Source of the DNA: Spirochaetia bacterium
GTDB lineage: Bacteria > Spirochaetota > Spirochaetia > SZUA-6 > Bin103
NCBI GenBank assembly: GCA_965203905.1
Contig: CBDBDQ010000005.1
Coordinates: 6,304,001 to 6,368,000, forward strand
Direction: 5' to 3'
DNA: 64,000 bases
Shown one piece after another: positions 1-9,292 of the stretch. The translations under genes were made by a program, and so were the position numbers. Each line of letters begins with the position of its first letter. The stretch's first letter is position 1. A model generated the notes under the pieces. That model ran no database searches and was not told the DNA's origin. It saw only the letters and a list, made by a program, of their open reading frames with translations.

Positions 1-5
1 AACTG

Positions 6-962
6 ATGGACCTGGTGGACGCCCCGTTTCCGGAGGCCAATCGTGACGCCGAGCTGATGGCGCGGCTGGCCGCCACCGGCTACACCGAGCTTGGGTTCGA
101 CACCATCATGCCGGTGTTCACCATCATCCAGGACTCCTCCGCCCTGGGCTGCAAGATCCAGTGGGAGCAGAAGGACAACTGGCCCACGGTGAAGATGCGC
201 GAGCCGATCTGGCAGGACGCGGACGAGATCCGCATTCCGCCCGACTTCCTCACCCACCCCGACACCGCCTGCGTGATGGAGGCGATCACGCTCCTGAAGC
301 GCGACTACGGCGACGAGGTGGCGGTCATCGGCAAGACCATGGGGCCGTGGTCGCTCGCCTACCACTGCTTCGGCGTGGAGATGTTCCTGCTCCTGTCGCT
401 GGACGATCCCGGCAAGACCAAGCTGATTCTGGACCGCCTCAAGAAAGCCACGATCGACTTCGGGCTGGCCCAGATCGAAGCCGGGGCCGACGCCCTTACC
501 CTGCCCGATCATGCCACCGGCGACCTGGTGAGCGGCGAGTGGTACAGCCGCTACCTGCGCGACCTGCACCAGGAGTTCGCCGTCGAGTTGCCGGTGCCCC
601 TGATCATGCACATCTGCGGCAAGACGCTGGATCGGATGTCCGCGATCGCCGAGACCGGCTTCGCCGCCTTCCACTACGACTCCAAGAACGATCCGGCGGA
701 GGCGATGGAGATCGTGCGCGACCGGATCGCCCTGGTCGGCAACATCAACAACCCGGAGACCCTGTTCGCGCGCGGCCCGGAAGAGGTGCGCGCCGAGGTA
801 TTCGAGAACCTGGATGCCGGCGTGCCGCTGATCGGGCCCGAGTGCGCCATTCCACTGCAGACCCCGCTCGACAACCTGCGCGCGATTCCCGCCGCGGTGC
901 GCGCGTGGCACGACGAACACACCAATGGCAACGGCAACGGCCGTGGCCCACAGGACGGATAA
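6..962 (+). CDS. MtaA/CmuA-family methylcobamide methyltransferase (URO-D fold); may begin upstream of the window
   Basis: GPWSLA, HICG, GNINN and IGPECAIP motifs; directly upstream of a corrinoid protein. Confidence 0.85.
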   Translation: MDLVDAPFPEANRDAELMARLAATGYTELGFDTIMPVFTIIQDSSALGCKIQWEQKDNWPTVKMREPIWQDADEIRIPPDFLTHPDTACVMEAITLLKRDYGDEVAVIGKTMGPWSLAYHCFGVEMFLLLSLDDPGKTKLILDRLKKATIDFGLAQIEAGADALTLPDHATGDLVSGEWYSRYLRDLHQEFAVELPVPLIMHICGKTLDRMSAIAETGFAAFHYDSKNDPAEAMEIVRDRIALVGNINNPETLFARGPEEVRAEVFENLDAGVPLIGPECAIPLQTPLDNLRAIPAAVRAWHDEHTNGNGNGRGPQDG

Positions 963-969
963 CCGATCG

Positions 970-1725
970 ATGGCAGAGCTGAGCGACGTAGGCAACGACT
1001 TCATCCGCGAAGAGATCGAGCAGTTCGTGGAACGCCCCGACGAGCGGCAGCGGATGATCGACATCTTCGCGGCGGTACGGCCGGAGCTGCAGGAAATATC
1101 CGCCGGCCTGATCGAGGGCGACGACGACGTGGTGGACACGATGACGCGGCAGCTTCTGGAGCGTGGCGTCGAAGCCACCGAGATCATGGACGACGGCCTG
1201 ATCGCCGGCATGGGCATCGTTGGCATCAAGTTTCGGGAGAACATCATCTTCGTGCCCGAGGTGCTGTCCTGCGCGCGGGCGATGAAGGCAGGCATGGCGC
1301 ACATCGAGCCGATCCTGTCGGCGTCCGGCATCGAGTCGATCGCCAAGGTGATCATGGGCACGGTGAAGGGCGACCTGCACGACATCGGCAAGAACCTGTG
1401 CATCATGATGCTGCGCGGCGCCGGCTTCGAGGTGATCGACCTGGGAGTGGATACCGCGCCCGACGAGTTTCTCGATGCGGTCGAGGAGAATGATGCCGAG
1501 TTGATGGGGATGTCCGCGCTGCTCACCACCACCATGCCCAACATGGGGCGGACCATCGAGGCGTTCATCGACGCCGGCATGCGCGACGACGTGCAGATCA
1601 TGGTGGGCGGGGCGCCCGTGACCCAGGAGTTCGCCGACGACATGGGCGCCGACGGCTACGGCAAGGACGCGGTCGCGTGCGTGGAGCTTGCCAAGCGCCT
1701 GCTGGCGGAGAGTCAGGATGACTGA
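970..1725 (+). CDS. Corrinoid (B12-binding) protein, MtaC/MttC-like
   Basis: GTVKGDLHDIGKNL B12 motif, SALLTTT, VGGAPV; ATG at 970. Confidence 0.92.
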   Translation: MAELSDVGNDFIREEIEQFVERPDERQRMIDIFAAVRPELQEISAGLIEGDDDVVDTMTRQLLERGVEATEIMDDGLIAGMGIVGIKFRENIIFVPEVLSCARAMKAGMAHIEPILSASGIESIAKVIMGTVKGDLHDIGKNLCIMMLRGAGFEVIDLGVDTAPDEFLDAVEENDAELMGMSALLTTTMPNMGRTIEAFIDAGMRDDVQIMVGGAPVTQEFADDMGADGYGKDAVACVELAKRLLAESQDD

Positions 1726-1737
1726 GGCGGGAGCGTT

Positions 1738-2028
1738 GTGAGTGAGCACTCACCCGGTGACGCGCGCGTGGACGCCGCGGCCTGGGAGCGCCGCCGCGAA
1801 CGGCTCAGCACCATCCTCTCCGCCATGGCCGACCACGCCATGGTGCAGGCCACCTTCCGCTGCCCCTACAAGAACCGCCACGATGAATGCACCGCCAAGT
1901 TCGGCTGCCGCAACCAGCGCCGTCCGCGTCCCGGGGGCAGCCTGTTGATGTGTGGCGGCGACGACAAGCTCGACTACCGCAGCGCATGGGAGAGCGCGGA
2001 CGCGGACTCTCCCGTAGACCCGGCCTAG
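1738..2028 (+). CDS. Small Cys-rich hypothetical protein
   Basis: GGGAG upstream of GTG; fills the gap in the operon; four Cys (RCPYKN, ECTAKFGC, MCGGDD). Confidence 0.65.
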   Translation: MSEHSPGDARVDAAAWERRRERLSTILSAMADHAMVQATFRCPYKNRHDECTAKFGCRNQRRPRPGGSLLMCGGDDKLDYRSAWESADADSPVDPA

Positions 2029-2042
2029 ACCTTCCGCTGTCC

Positions 2043-3695
2043 ATGGGCACCATTTCCCACGACGGCGAGGTACGCGCGCTGGCGCGCGGCAAGACCGTGT
2101 TCGACTACGCCGACGAGCTGGCCGTGCGGGTGGCGACCTCCTGCGGGCGCGCCGGCACCTGCCACGAGTGCGTGGTGCAGGTCGAGGGCGGCATGGAGGC
2201 GCTGTGCGGGCGCACCGACGCCGAACGGTTTCTGAAGGATCCGTTCCGCCTGGCGTGTCAGGCCACGGTGGAGGATCCATCCATCGACGTACACTTCGCC
2301 CCGCTGCGGCGCCAACCGCGAGTGCTCACTTCGGGAATCTCCGCGCCGTCTCGGGCCGATGGACCGGCGGCGCTGGATCCCGCGGTGACGCGCCGCGGAG
2401 ACGGTGTCTACCTGGACGGCGAACGCATCGACCGCTACCACGGGCGCATCCTCGGCCTGGCCGTGGATGTCGGCACCACCACCGTGGCGATGGAGCTGGT
2501 CGACCTGGAGAGCGGGGCCACGCTGCAGGTCAGCTCGTTCGGCAATCCGCAACTGTTCGCCGGCAGCGACATCATGAACCGGGTCTCCTACGACGACGGC
2601 GAGTTTCGCGGCGAGCTGCAGGCGGCGATCGTCAGCGGCATCAACAGCGCCATCCTCGACCTCGGCAGGGAGCTGGGCACCAAGCGCCGCCAGATCTACG
2701 AGATCGCCATCGCCGGCAACTCCACGATGCGCGACCTGGTGTTCGGCTTCGACGTGCAGACGCTCGGCCAGAAACCCTACAAGTCGCAGATCGAGCACCA
2801 GTACCGGGCCGGTGAGCGGGCCACCACCGCGCTCTCCAGCCTGCCGCGGCCGTTGGGGCTGACCATCCACCCGCAGGCGCGTGTCTACGGCCTGCCGCTG
2901 ATCGCCAGCCACGTCGGGGCCGACACCGCGGCGGACCTGGCGGCGATGGACATGGCCGCCCAGAGCGGCCTGGTGATGCTGGTGGACGTGGGCACCAACA
3001 CCGAGGTGGTGGCGCGCCGCGACGGGCGCATGATCGCCGCCTCCTGCCCCGCCGGGCCGGCGTTCGAGGGTGGCCTGGTGGGCTACGGCATGCCCGCCTA
3101 CGAGGGCGCCATCGAGCGCCTGCGCTGGTGCGACGGGGGGTTTCGCTATCACACCATCGGCGACGCTCCGCCGGAGGGCATCTGCGGGTCGGGCCTGATC
3201 GACCTGCTCGCCGAGTTGCGCCGTCACGGCAAGATGACCGCCAAGGGCGTGTTCACCCACGACCGCCGCGCCAAGGAGATCGCCGTGGTGCCGGAGCACG
3301 GCATCACCTTCTCGCGCCTGGACGCCAGCAACCTGGCGCAGGCCAAGGCCGCCAACTACTGCGGCCAGCTCATCGTCACCCGCGCCCTGGGCGTGGCGCC
3401 GCACGAGGTGGACCGCCTCTACCTGGCGGGGGGCTTCGCCAACTACGTCGACTCCCAAAGCGCCATCGACATCGGCTTCCTGGCCCCGGTGGCAGAGGAA
3501 CGCATCGTCAAGCTCGGCAACGCGGCGCTGCGCGGCACCCGCGAGGTGCTGCTGTCGGTGCGCAAACGGCGCGCCCTGGAGGCCATGGTCGCCGCGATCG
3601 AGCACGTCGAGCTGGAGACCGCCCCCGACTTCTTCGAAGTATTCGTCGACGGCTGCCGCCTGGAGCCGATGGGCGCCGCCGCTCGTTCCGCCTGA
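2043..3695 (+). CDS. ASKHA-type reductive activator of corrinoid proteins (RACo/RamA-like) with N-terminal 2Fe-2S domain
   Basis: CGRAGTCHEC...RLACQ ferredoxin motif; DVGTTT, DVGTNTE, AGPAFEG, GICGSG. Confidence 0.9.
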   Translation: MGTISHDGEVRALARGKTVFDYADELAVRVATSCGRAGTCHECVVQVEGGMEALCGRTDAERFLKDPFRLACQATVEDPSIDVHFAPLRRQPRVLTSGISAPSRADGPAALDPAVTRRGDGVYLDGERIDRYHGRILGLAVDVGTTTVAMELVDLESGATLQVSSFGNPQLFAGSDIMNRVSYDDGEFRGELQAAIVSGINSAILDLGRELGTKRRQIYEIAIAGNSTMRDLVFGFDVQTLGQKPYKSQIEHQYRAGERATTALSSLPRPLGLTIHPQARVYGLPLIASHVGADTAADLAAMDMAAQSGLVMLVDVGTNTEVVARRDGRMIAASCPAGPAFEGGLVGYGMPAYEGAIERLRWCDGGFRYHTIGDAPPEGICGSGLIDLLAELRRHGKMTAKGVFTHDRRAKEIAVVPEHGITFSRLDASNLAQAKAANYCGQLIVTRALGVAPHEVDRLYLAGGFANYVDSQSAIDIGFLAPVAEERIVKLGNAALRGTREVLLSVRKRRALEAMVAAIEHVELETAPDFFEVFVDGCRLEPMGAAARSA

Positions 3696-3758
3696 TCTGT
3701 CGCACCGGCGGCACCGGCGCGGCGGATGAAGCGGCGCCGACCGTGCGTCGTTGACGCC

Positions 3759-4817
3759 CTACCGAAAGCTGAGAGGAGCGGCGCCTACTGAGGCGGCGGT
3801 GTCCTGCAGCGCCTGCCACACCTCGGCCGGCAGGGGGATGCCGTCGCGGGTGCGGGCCAAGCGCGTGCGCCTCTCCGGGTCACCCGGTGCCAGCACCTCG
3901 GCCACCCCCGGCGCCGGCCGCACCGCCCGCAGCGCCTCACCCAGCTCCCCCACCCCCGCCTGGTAGTCGGCCGCCGGCCGGAACAGGTCGGGCCGCAGCA
4001 ACAGCATGCACACCCCCTGGTGACCGTACACCGGGCCGCCGCGGCCCGCCTCGGCGTAGTCGTCGCCCCCCATCACCAGGCGCGTCAGCACCTCGATGAG
4101 CGTCATCAGGGCGTAGCCCTTGTGGCCGCCGAACGGCAGCAGCGCGCCCCCGGCGGCCACCTCCTCGGCGTCAGTGGTGGGGCGGCCCTCGGCATCGACG
4201 GCGAATCCCTCCGGCAGCGGCTCGCCGCGCTCGCGGGCCATCATCACCCGCGCGTTGGCGCCGGCGGTGGTCGCAAAGTCGGCCATGATGCGGCCGTCAG
4301 GTGCCGGCGCGGCGTAGGCCAGTGGATTGGTGTTGAAGATCGGATCGCGGCCGCCGAAGGGGACGGTGATCGGGCTGCCGACGCCATACCCGCCGCCGCA
4401 CACCAGGGCGATGGCGCCCTGCGCCGCGGCCAGCTCGGGGTAGTGCCCTACCCGGCCCAGGTGGTGACACTGCACCACACCCGCCAGCACCACCGCCTGC
4501 TGCTCCAGCCGTTTCAGCCCCTCGGTCACGGCGAACTCGGCAGCCACCTGGCCGAAGGTCCAGCCCCCGGCCACCAGCAGCCCGCCGGGATGCTCACGCA
4601 CCACCCGTGGCTCCGCATCCGGCAGCAGCCAACCGCGGCGGATGTCCTCCACGTAGCCGGCCACCTGGCGCGCGCCGTGGGTGTCCACCCCACACAGGCT
4701 GGCGCCCGCGATGTGGGCCGCGGCGATACGTGCGTTGGCCTCGCTCGCCCCGGCGCCGACGAGGATGCGCGCGATGAAGTCGCGCAACTCGGCAAAGCTC
4801 ACTACCCGGTCAGCCAT
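3759..4817 (-). CDS. Ldh_2-family (malate/L-lactate/ureidoglycolate dehydrogenase-like) oxidoreductase
   Basis: GVDTHG, HHLGRVGHY, NTNPLA, PFGGHKGYAL motifs. Confidence 0.88.
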   Translation of the reverse strand: MADRVVSFAELRDFIARILVGAGASEANARIAAAHIAGASLCGVDTHGARQVAGYVEDIRRGWLLPDAEPRVVREHPGGLLVAGGWTFGQVAAEFAVTEGLKRLEQQAVVLAGVVQCHHLGRVGHYPELAAAQGAIALVCGGGYGVGSPITVPFGGRDPIFNTNPLAYAAPAPDGRIMADFATTAGANARVMMARERGEPLPEGFAVDAEGRPTTDAEEVAAGGALLPFGGHKGYALMTLIEVLTRLVMGGDDYAEAGRGGPVYGHQGVCMLLLRPDLFRPAADYQAGVGELGEALRAVRPAPGVAEVLAPGDPERRTRLARTRDGIPLPAEVWQALQDTAASVGAAPLSFR

Positions 4818-4927
4818 GGTGCCTCGCACGATCCCCGTAGGTGGCCACGTTCGTCAACTACTGCACGGGCGGCGCGGCGATCGCGGATCTCTTTTTTCAT
4901 CGCCGCCAGGATGGTTCAATGGAGGCG

Positions 4928-5704
4928 ATGAAACTGCACAACAAGGTTGCGCTGGTGACCGGCGCGGGGCGCGGGATCGGACGCGCCGTCGCGTTGGCGT
5001 TCGCCCGCGAGGGCGCCGACGTGGTGGTGACTGCGCGTACCACCGCCGAGATCGAACGGGTGGCCGCGGAAGTCTCCGCCCTGGGCCGGTCGGCGGTAGC
5101 GCTGGCCGTCGATCTGAGCGATCGGGCGGCGACGACCGGGCTGCCGGAGCGGGTGTCCCGCCACTTTCCGGCGCTGGACATCCTGGTGAACAACGCGGGG
5201 ATCGGCAGCAATGCGAGCCCGCACCGCATCGTGGACTACGACGACGACTTCTGGGACCTGAGCATCGCGCTCAACCTCTCGGCGCCCTACCTGCTGACCA
5301 AGGCCCTGGTGCCGGGAATGATCGAGCGCGGCTGGGGGCGGGTGATCAACATGGCCTCGGTGGTGGGAAAGCGCGGCCTGGTGGCCGCCGGCGCCTACAC
5401 GGCGACCAAGCATGGCCTGATCGGCCTTACCCGCACCGCGGCCCTGGAAACGGCCGGCACCGGCGTGACGATCAATGCCATCTGTCCCGGCGCCACGCGC
5501 ACCGTCATGCTGCAACGGCGGCTCAAGGTGGACGCCGAGCTGCGCGGCGAGTCCGTCGCCGATGTCGAGGCCAACATCAACCCGATCGGCCGTCTGCTGG
5601 AGCCCGAGGAGATCGCCGAGCTGGCGGTGTATCTCGCCTCCGACGACGCCCGCGGCATGACCGGCCAGGCCCTCAACCTATCCGGCGGCTCGACCATGCA
5701 CTGA
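4928..5704 (+). CDS. Short-chain dehydrogenase/reductase
   Basis: TGAGRGIG, NNAG, YTATK; GGAGG before ATG. Confidence 0.9.
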   Translation: MKLHNKVALVTGAGRGIGRAVALAFAREGADVVVTARTTAEIERVAAEVSALGRSAVALAVDLSDRAATTGLPERVSRHFPALDILVNNAGIGSNASPHRIVDYDDDFWDLSIALNLSAPYLLTKALVPGMIERGWGRVINMASVVGKRGLVAAGAYTATKHGLIGLTRTAALETAGTGVTINAICPGATRTVMLQRRLKVDAELRGESVADVEANINPIGRLLEPEEIAELAVYLASDDARGMTGQALNLSGGSTMH

Positions 5705-5813
5705 CAGGACACGACCGCCTTGCCAGATGCCGGCGGGCACCGCATCATCCGCGCATACGCGGTCGCGGTCCGCATGGCGGCGGGTTCCGTGCCCACACCC
5801 CGGAGGTGAAGCG

Positions 5814-7076
5814 ATGCGGGTGCTGTCCAGAGTCGTCGACAGCCTGATCAAGCCGGTGGCCATGCGCGCGCTGTTGGCGTGGGAGCGGCGCGAGTCGGGC
5901 GTCGCCTACGATCCCACCTCAGCGGAAGTCAGGAGCGACCCGTACGCGACCTACCGCCGGCTGCGGAGCACCGATCCGGTCCACCGCATGCGGCTGGTCA
6001 ACGCCTGGGCCCTGACCCGGTACCGCGACGTGGAGGCGGTGTTGCGCGATCACCGCCGCTTCGGCAACGCCGACCGGATCTTCGTCGAGACCGTACCGCT
6101 GAGCCTGCTCGACATCGACCCTCCCGCACACACCCGCCTGCGGCTGCTTGTCTCCAAGGCGTTCACGCCGCGGGCGGTCGCACGGCTCGACGCACGAGTG
6201 CAGGAGATCACGGCGGCTCTGCTGGACCGGGTGTCCGGGCAGGAGCGATTCGACCTGGTCGCCGCGCTCGGGTATCCGCTGCCGGTCACCGTGATCGCCG
6301 AAATGCTCGGCGTTCGGGCCGGCGATCAGGATCGGTTCGAGGAATGGTCGAACGCCCTGGCGCTCAGCGTCGATCCGATCCTCGGGGCCGATCAGGTGGA
6401 CGCCGTCAAGCAGGCCACCGACGAGGCGTACGCCTATTTCGAGACCATCATCGAGGAACGGCGGCGGGCGCCGCGGGAGGACCTGGTAAGCGCGCTGCTG
6501 GCCGCCGAGGAGGAAGGGGATCGGCTCAGCCACGAGGAGATGCTCGCAGTCATGCTGCTGATCCTGGTGGCCGGCAACGAGACCACGCGCAACCTGATCG
6601 GCAACGGCATGCTCGCGCTGCTGCGCAACCCGAGCCAGCTCCAGCGCCTCCGAGACCATCCGGATCTGCTGGACGCGGCCGTGGACGAGATGCTGCGTTA
6701 CGACAGTCCGGTGCAACTCAACGGCCGCTTCGTGCGGGAAGACGTCGAAATCGGTGGCAAGCGTTTCCGCGCCGGACAGCGGGTGATCACGATGATCGGC
6801 GCCGCCAACCGCGACCCCGAGGTATTCGATGATCCCGAGACCATGGACATCTGCCGGCCCGAGAAGAGCCATCTGTCGTTCGGGCGCGGCATCCACTACT
6901 GCCTCGGCGCAGCGCTCGCCGTGCTGGAGGCGCGGACCGCCTTTGCCGCCCTGCTCGACCGCTTCAGCGCCATCCGGCTGGCGGAAGAACCGCGGCATCG
7001 GGAAGGTATGGTCCTGCGCGGCGTCGAACGCCTCTGGATCGAGGTGGAACGTAACCCGACCCGTTCCTCACGGTAG
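5814..7076 (+). CDS. Cytochrome P450
   Basis: AGNETT I-helix, EMLR, FGRGIHYCLG heme motif; GGAGG RBS. Confidence 0.95.
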   Translation: MRVLSRVVDSLIKPVAMRALLAWERRESGVAYDPTSAEVRSDPYATYRRLRSTDPVHRMRLVNAWALTRYRDVEAVLRDHRRFGNADRIFVETVPLSLLDIDPPAHTRLRLLVSKAFTPRAVARLDARVQEITAALLDRVSGQERFDLVAALGYPLPVTVIAEMLGVRAGDQDRFEEWSNALALSVDPILGADQVDAVKQATDEAYAYFETIIEERRRAPREDLVSALLAAEEEGDRLSHEEMLAVMLLILVAGNETTRNLIGNGMLALLRNPSQLQRLRDHPDLLDAAVDEMLRYDSPVQLNGRFVREDVEIGGKRFRAGQRVITMIGAANRDPEVFDDPETMDICRPEKSHLSFGRGIHYCLGAALAVLEARTAFAALLDRFSAIRLAEEPRHREGMVLRGVERLWIEVERNPTRSSR

Positions 7077-7184
7077 AAGGCGCCAATCTTCTTCGCCGTA
7101 GACCAGCCAGGCCGGTGGGGCTAGCGGATGCTGGGATACCCGATGCCGTTGCTCGCGTGGTTCGAGCGCAGATCACGGGCCAGT

Positions 7185-7420
7185 TTATTGCGCGGCCACC
7201 CAACTGGTGCCCGGCCCGGAAACGCGCGGTCCCGGCGGCACCAGATGGACGGCCCCGATCGCGTCGCGCACCCGCGGTTCGGCCTTGGCTTCCGCGGCCG
7301 CGATCAACTCCCCAGTCGGCGGGATCGGCGATGTCCTCGAACAGGGGGAACCGGGGGGGTAGAGCGCTCGGATCAGGCGACCGTCCTCGGCCAAAGCACG
7401 TGGCTCACAGGCGGAATCAC
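7185..7420 (-). pseudogene. Frameshifted, truncated RES-domain toxin
   Basis: Starts GTG overlapping the antitoxin stop; RES-like pieces in different frames: MIPPVSHVLWPRT, RLIRALYPP, LFEDIADPADW, EPRVRDAIGAVHLVPPGPRVSGPGTSWV. Confidence 0.7.
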
Positions 7421-7836
7421 CAAGCGCCGCGTTCCACATCGAGCAAAGCGCGCACGGCCGCCAAGTCCTGTATCGAGCCCGCCAGCAGCCGTTGCAGCGC
7501 CGTCTGCCCGCCAAGTGCCTCATTCGGCTTGCGGAGCCAGCGGTACCCTCGCGACGGATCTCGGAACAGGTATCGCAGGTTCTTGTGAATCCCCATCAGG
7601 ATGGAGAGGCGCTCGCGGGTGTCGCGCGAGATCCGCGACGGCACCAAGTGGCCCGCCTTCCAGCGTGCAAGGGTTCGCGCCGCCGGAGCTCCCAGGAGGA
7701 CCCGCGCCTGCCGATCGCTGAGGTCCCAGCGCTCCGCCAAGTTGAAGAACGCGCGCACCATGGCGGCTGTCTCGGCGTCGCTGATCTCTGCGGCGAGCGG
7801 ACGGACATCGTCATGCACGGCGACGGATGATGCCAC
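7417..7836 (-). CDS. Xre/MbcA/ParS-type antitoxin
   Basis: N-terminal HTH (ERWDLSDRQARVLLG) and C-terminal WLRKPNEALGGQTAL motif. Confidence 0.85.
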   Translation of the reverse strand: MASSVAVHDDVRPLAAEISDAETAAMVRAFFNLAERWDLSDRQARVLLGAPAARTLARWKAGHLVPSRISRDTRERLSILMGIHKNLRYLFRDPSRGYRWLRKPNEALGGQTALQRLLAGSIQDLAAVRALLDVERGAW

Positions 7837-7916
7837 ATGACACAGAATAGTGCTTCATAGCCTGAGGCATGCAATTCATAGGGTTAGATTCCTCGTGAGG
7901 CAATCGTGAGGCAATG

Positions 7917-8141
7917 GGGTGCATTCTTTCTCTGTGGCACCTGCGGCATCTGTGGTACGGGAAATAGAGACCCCTCCCAGAGATTCGATGATGTGGTAAG
8001 CATCTACCCCGGTGATGAGTCGTCGCTTCTGGGACGACTACGAAAGCCTGCTTCCCGCATCGCCCACCCCAGAATCCACCCAGACCCAGCCAGACCCAGC
8101 TCGAGGCGGCCTGACCGCTACCACACTGACGGAATGCACCC
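7917..8141 (+). mobile_element. Internally deleted ISKra4-like copy (MITE-sized)
   Basis: Imperfect ~21-bp inverted ends (GGGTGCATTC.../...GAATGCACCC); 8073-8141 is repeated at ~15997-16055. Confidence 0.65.
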
Positions 8142-8156
8142 CAGCGGCACCTTGCC

Positions 8157-8234
8157 TCACGTCACCGAGTCTCGCGGTGCGGAGTGCTGCCGGCGCTGGT
8201 GGCGGTAACGGTGGTGAGCCGCGCAGCGCTGGAC
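8157..8234 (-). pseudogene. Detached 3' end of the HNH gene at 14183-15451
   Basis: Reads VQRCAAHHRYRHQRRQHSAPRDSVT*, matching the C-termini of the paralogues (CAAHHRLRH...DGAT*). Confidence 0.85.
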
Positions 8235-8442
8235 TAATGCGAAGCGTCACATTACGCCTTTAGAACTAAACCGCTTCGCGGTAGGGGTGGCGTCGGCCGT
8301 CTCGAGGCGCGGAGCCCTTCCCACGTACAACCCCTATATGGTGTCTGACCTCTACTAACGGGAGATGGGTGGTTGCCCCCGGAGCGTAACGGCGCTCCGG
8401 GGGCTGATGGACCACGCGTCTCTACACCAGGAGGAGTCCATC

Positions 8443-9285
8443 ATGACACCACTGCGCCAGAGAATGATCGAAGACATGCGGGTGCGCAACCTGTCCCCGC
8501 ACACCATCGAGTACTACGTCCGCCAGGTCGCGTTGTTTGCGCGCTACTTCAACCGCTCTCCGGAACTGCTCGGGCTCGACGAAATACGAGCCTATCAACT
8601 GCATCTGGTGCAGGAGCGAAATCTGGGCTGGGGCAGCTTCAATCAGGCGGTCTGCGCTCTCCGCTTCCTGTACCTCAAGACCCTCGGCAAGGACTGGCAC
8701 ATCGAGTCCATCCCGTTCGCCAAGCAGCCCAAGAAGCTGCCGCTGGTCTTGAGCCAGGACCAGGTGCGCGCCGTACTCGATGCGATCACCAACCCGCAGC
8801 ACCGCGTCATTGCCATGACCCTGTATGCCGCCGGGCTGCGCGTTTCCGAGGCGGTCTCCCTGCGGATTACCGATATCGACAGCGAGCGGATGCTGCTGCA
8901 CGTCGTGCAAGGCAAGGGCCGCAAGGATCGTTTGGTGACCTTGGCGCCGCTCCTGCTGCACCACTTGCGCTGCCACTACCGACGCTATCGGCCCCGCCAC
9001 TGGCTGTTTCCCAGCAGGACCTATCGCGACCGCCACGTCACCAGGGATGCGGTGGCGCAGGCCATCGCCAAGGTGCGCCACGTCGTCGCCGGCAAGCCCG
9101 TATCCCCGCATACCTTGCGCCACTGTTTCGCCACCCACCTGCTGGAATCCGGCACCGATCTGCGCACCGTCCAGGCGCTGCTCGGACATGCCTCGATCAG
9201 GAGTACCGTGATCTATACCCACGTCACCCGCAAGCGCATCAGCGCAGTCGAGAGCCCACTGGAGTCGTTGCCACCGCTGCGCTGA
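8443..9285 (+). CDS. Tyrosine recombinase of the IS91-associated type
   Basis: MTPLRQRMIEDM start, GLRVSE, GKGRKDR, HTLRHCFATHLLE, LGH, Y; GGAGGAG RBS. Confidence 0.93.
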   Translation: MTPLRQRMIEDMRVRNLSPHTIEYYVRQVALFARYFNRSPELLGLDEIRAYQLHLVQERNLGWGSFNQAVCALRFLYLKTLGKDWHIESIPFAKQPKKLPLVLSQDQVRAVLDAITNPQHRVIAMTLYAAGLRVSEAVSLRITDIDSERMLLHVVQGKGRKDRLVTLAPLLLHHLRCHYRRYRPRHWLFPSRTYRDRHVTRDAVAQAIAKVRHVVAGKPVSPHTLRHCFATHLLESGTDLRTVQALLGHASIRSTVIYTHVTRKRISAVESPLESLPPLR

Positions 9286-9292
9286 GCGATCC

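Noticed and set aside
8443-9285. Integron integrase with cassette array
   Set aside because: Lacks the IntI-specific insertion, is paired with an IS91 transposase, and no attC array is visible.
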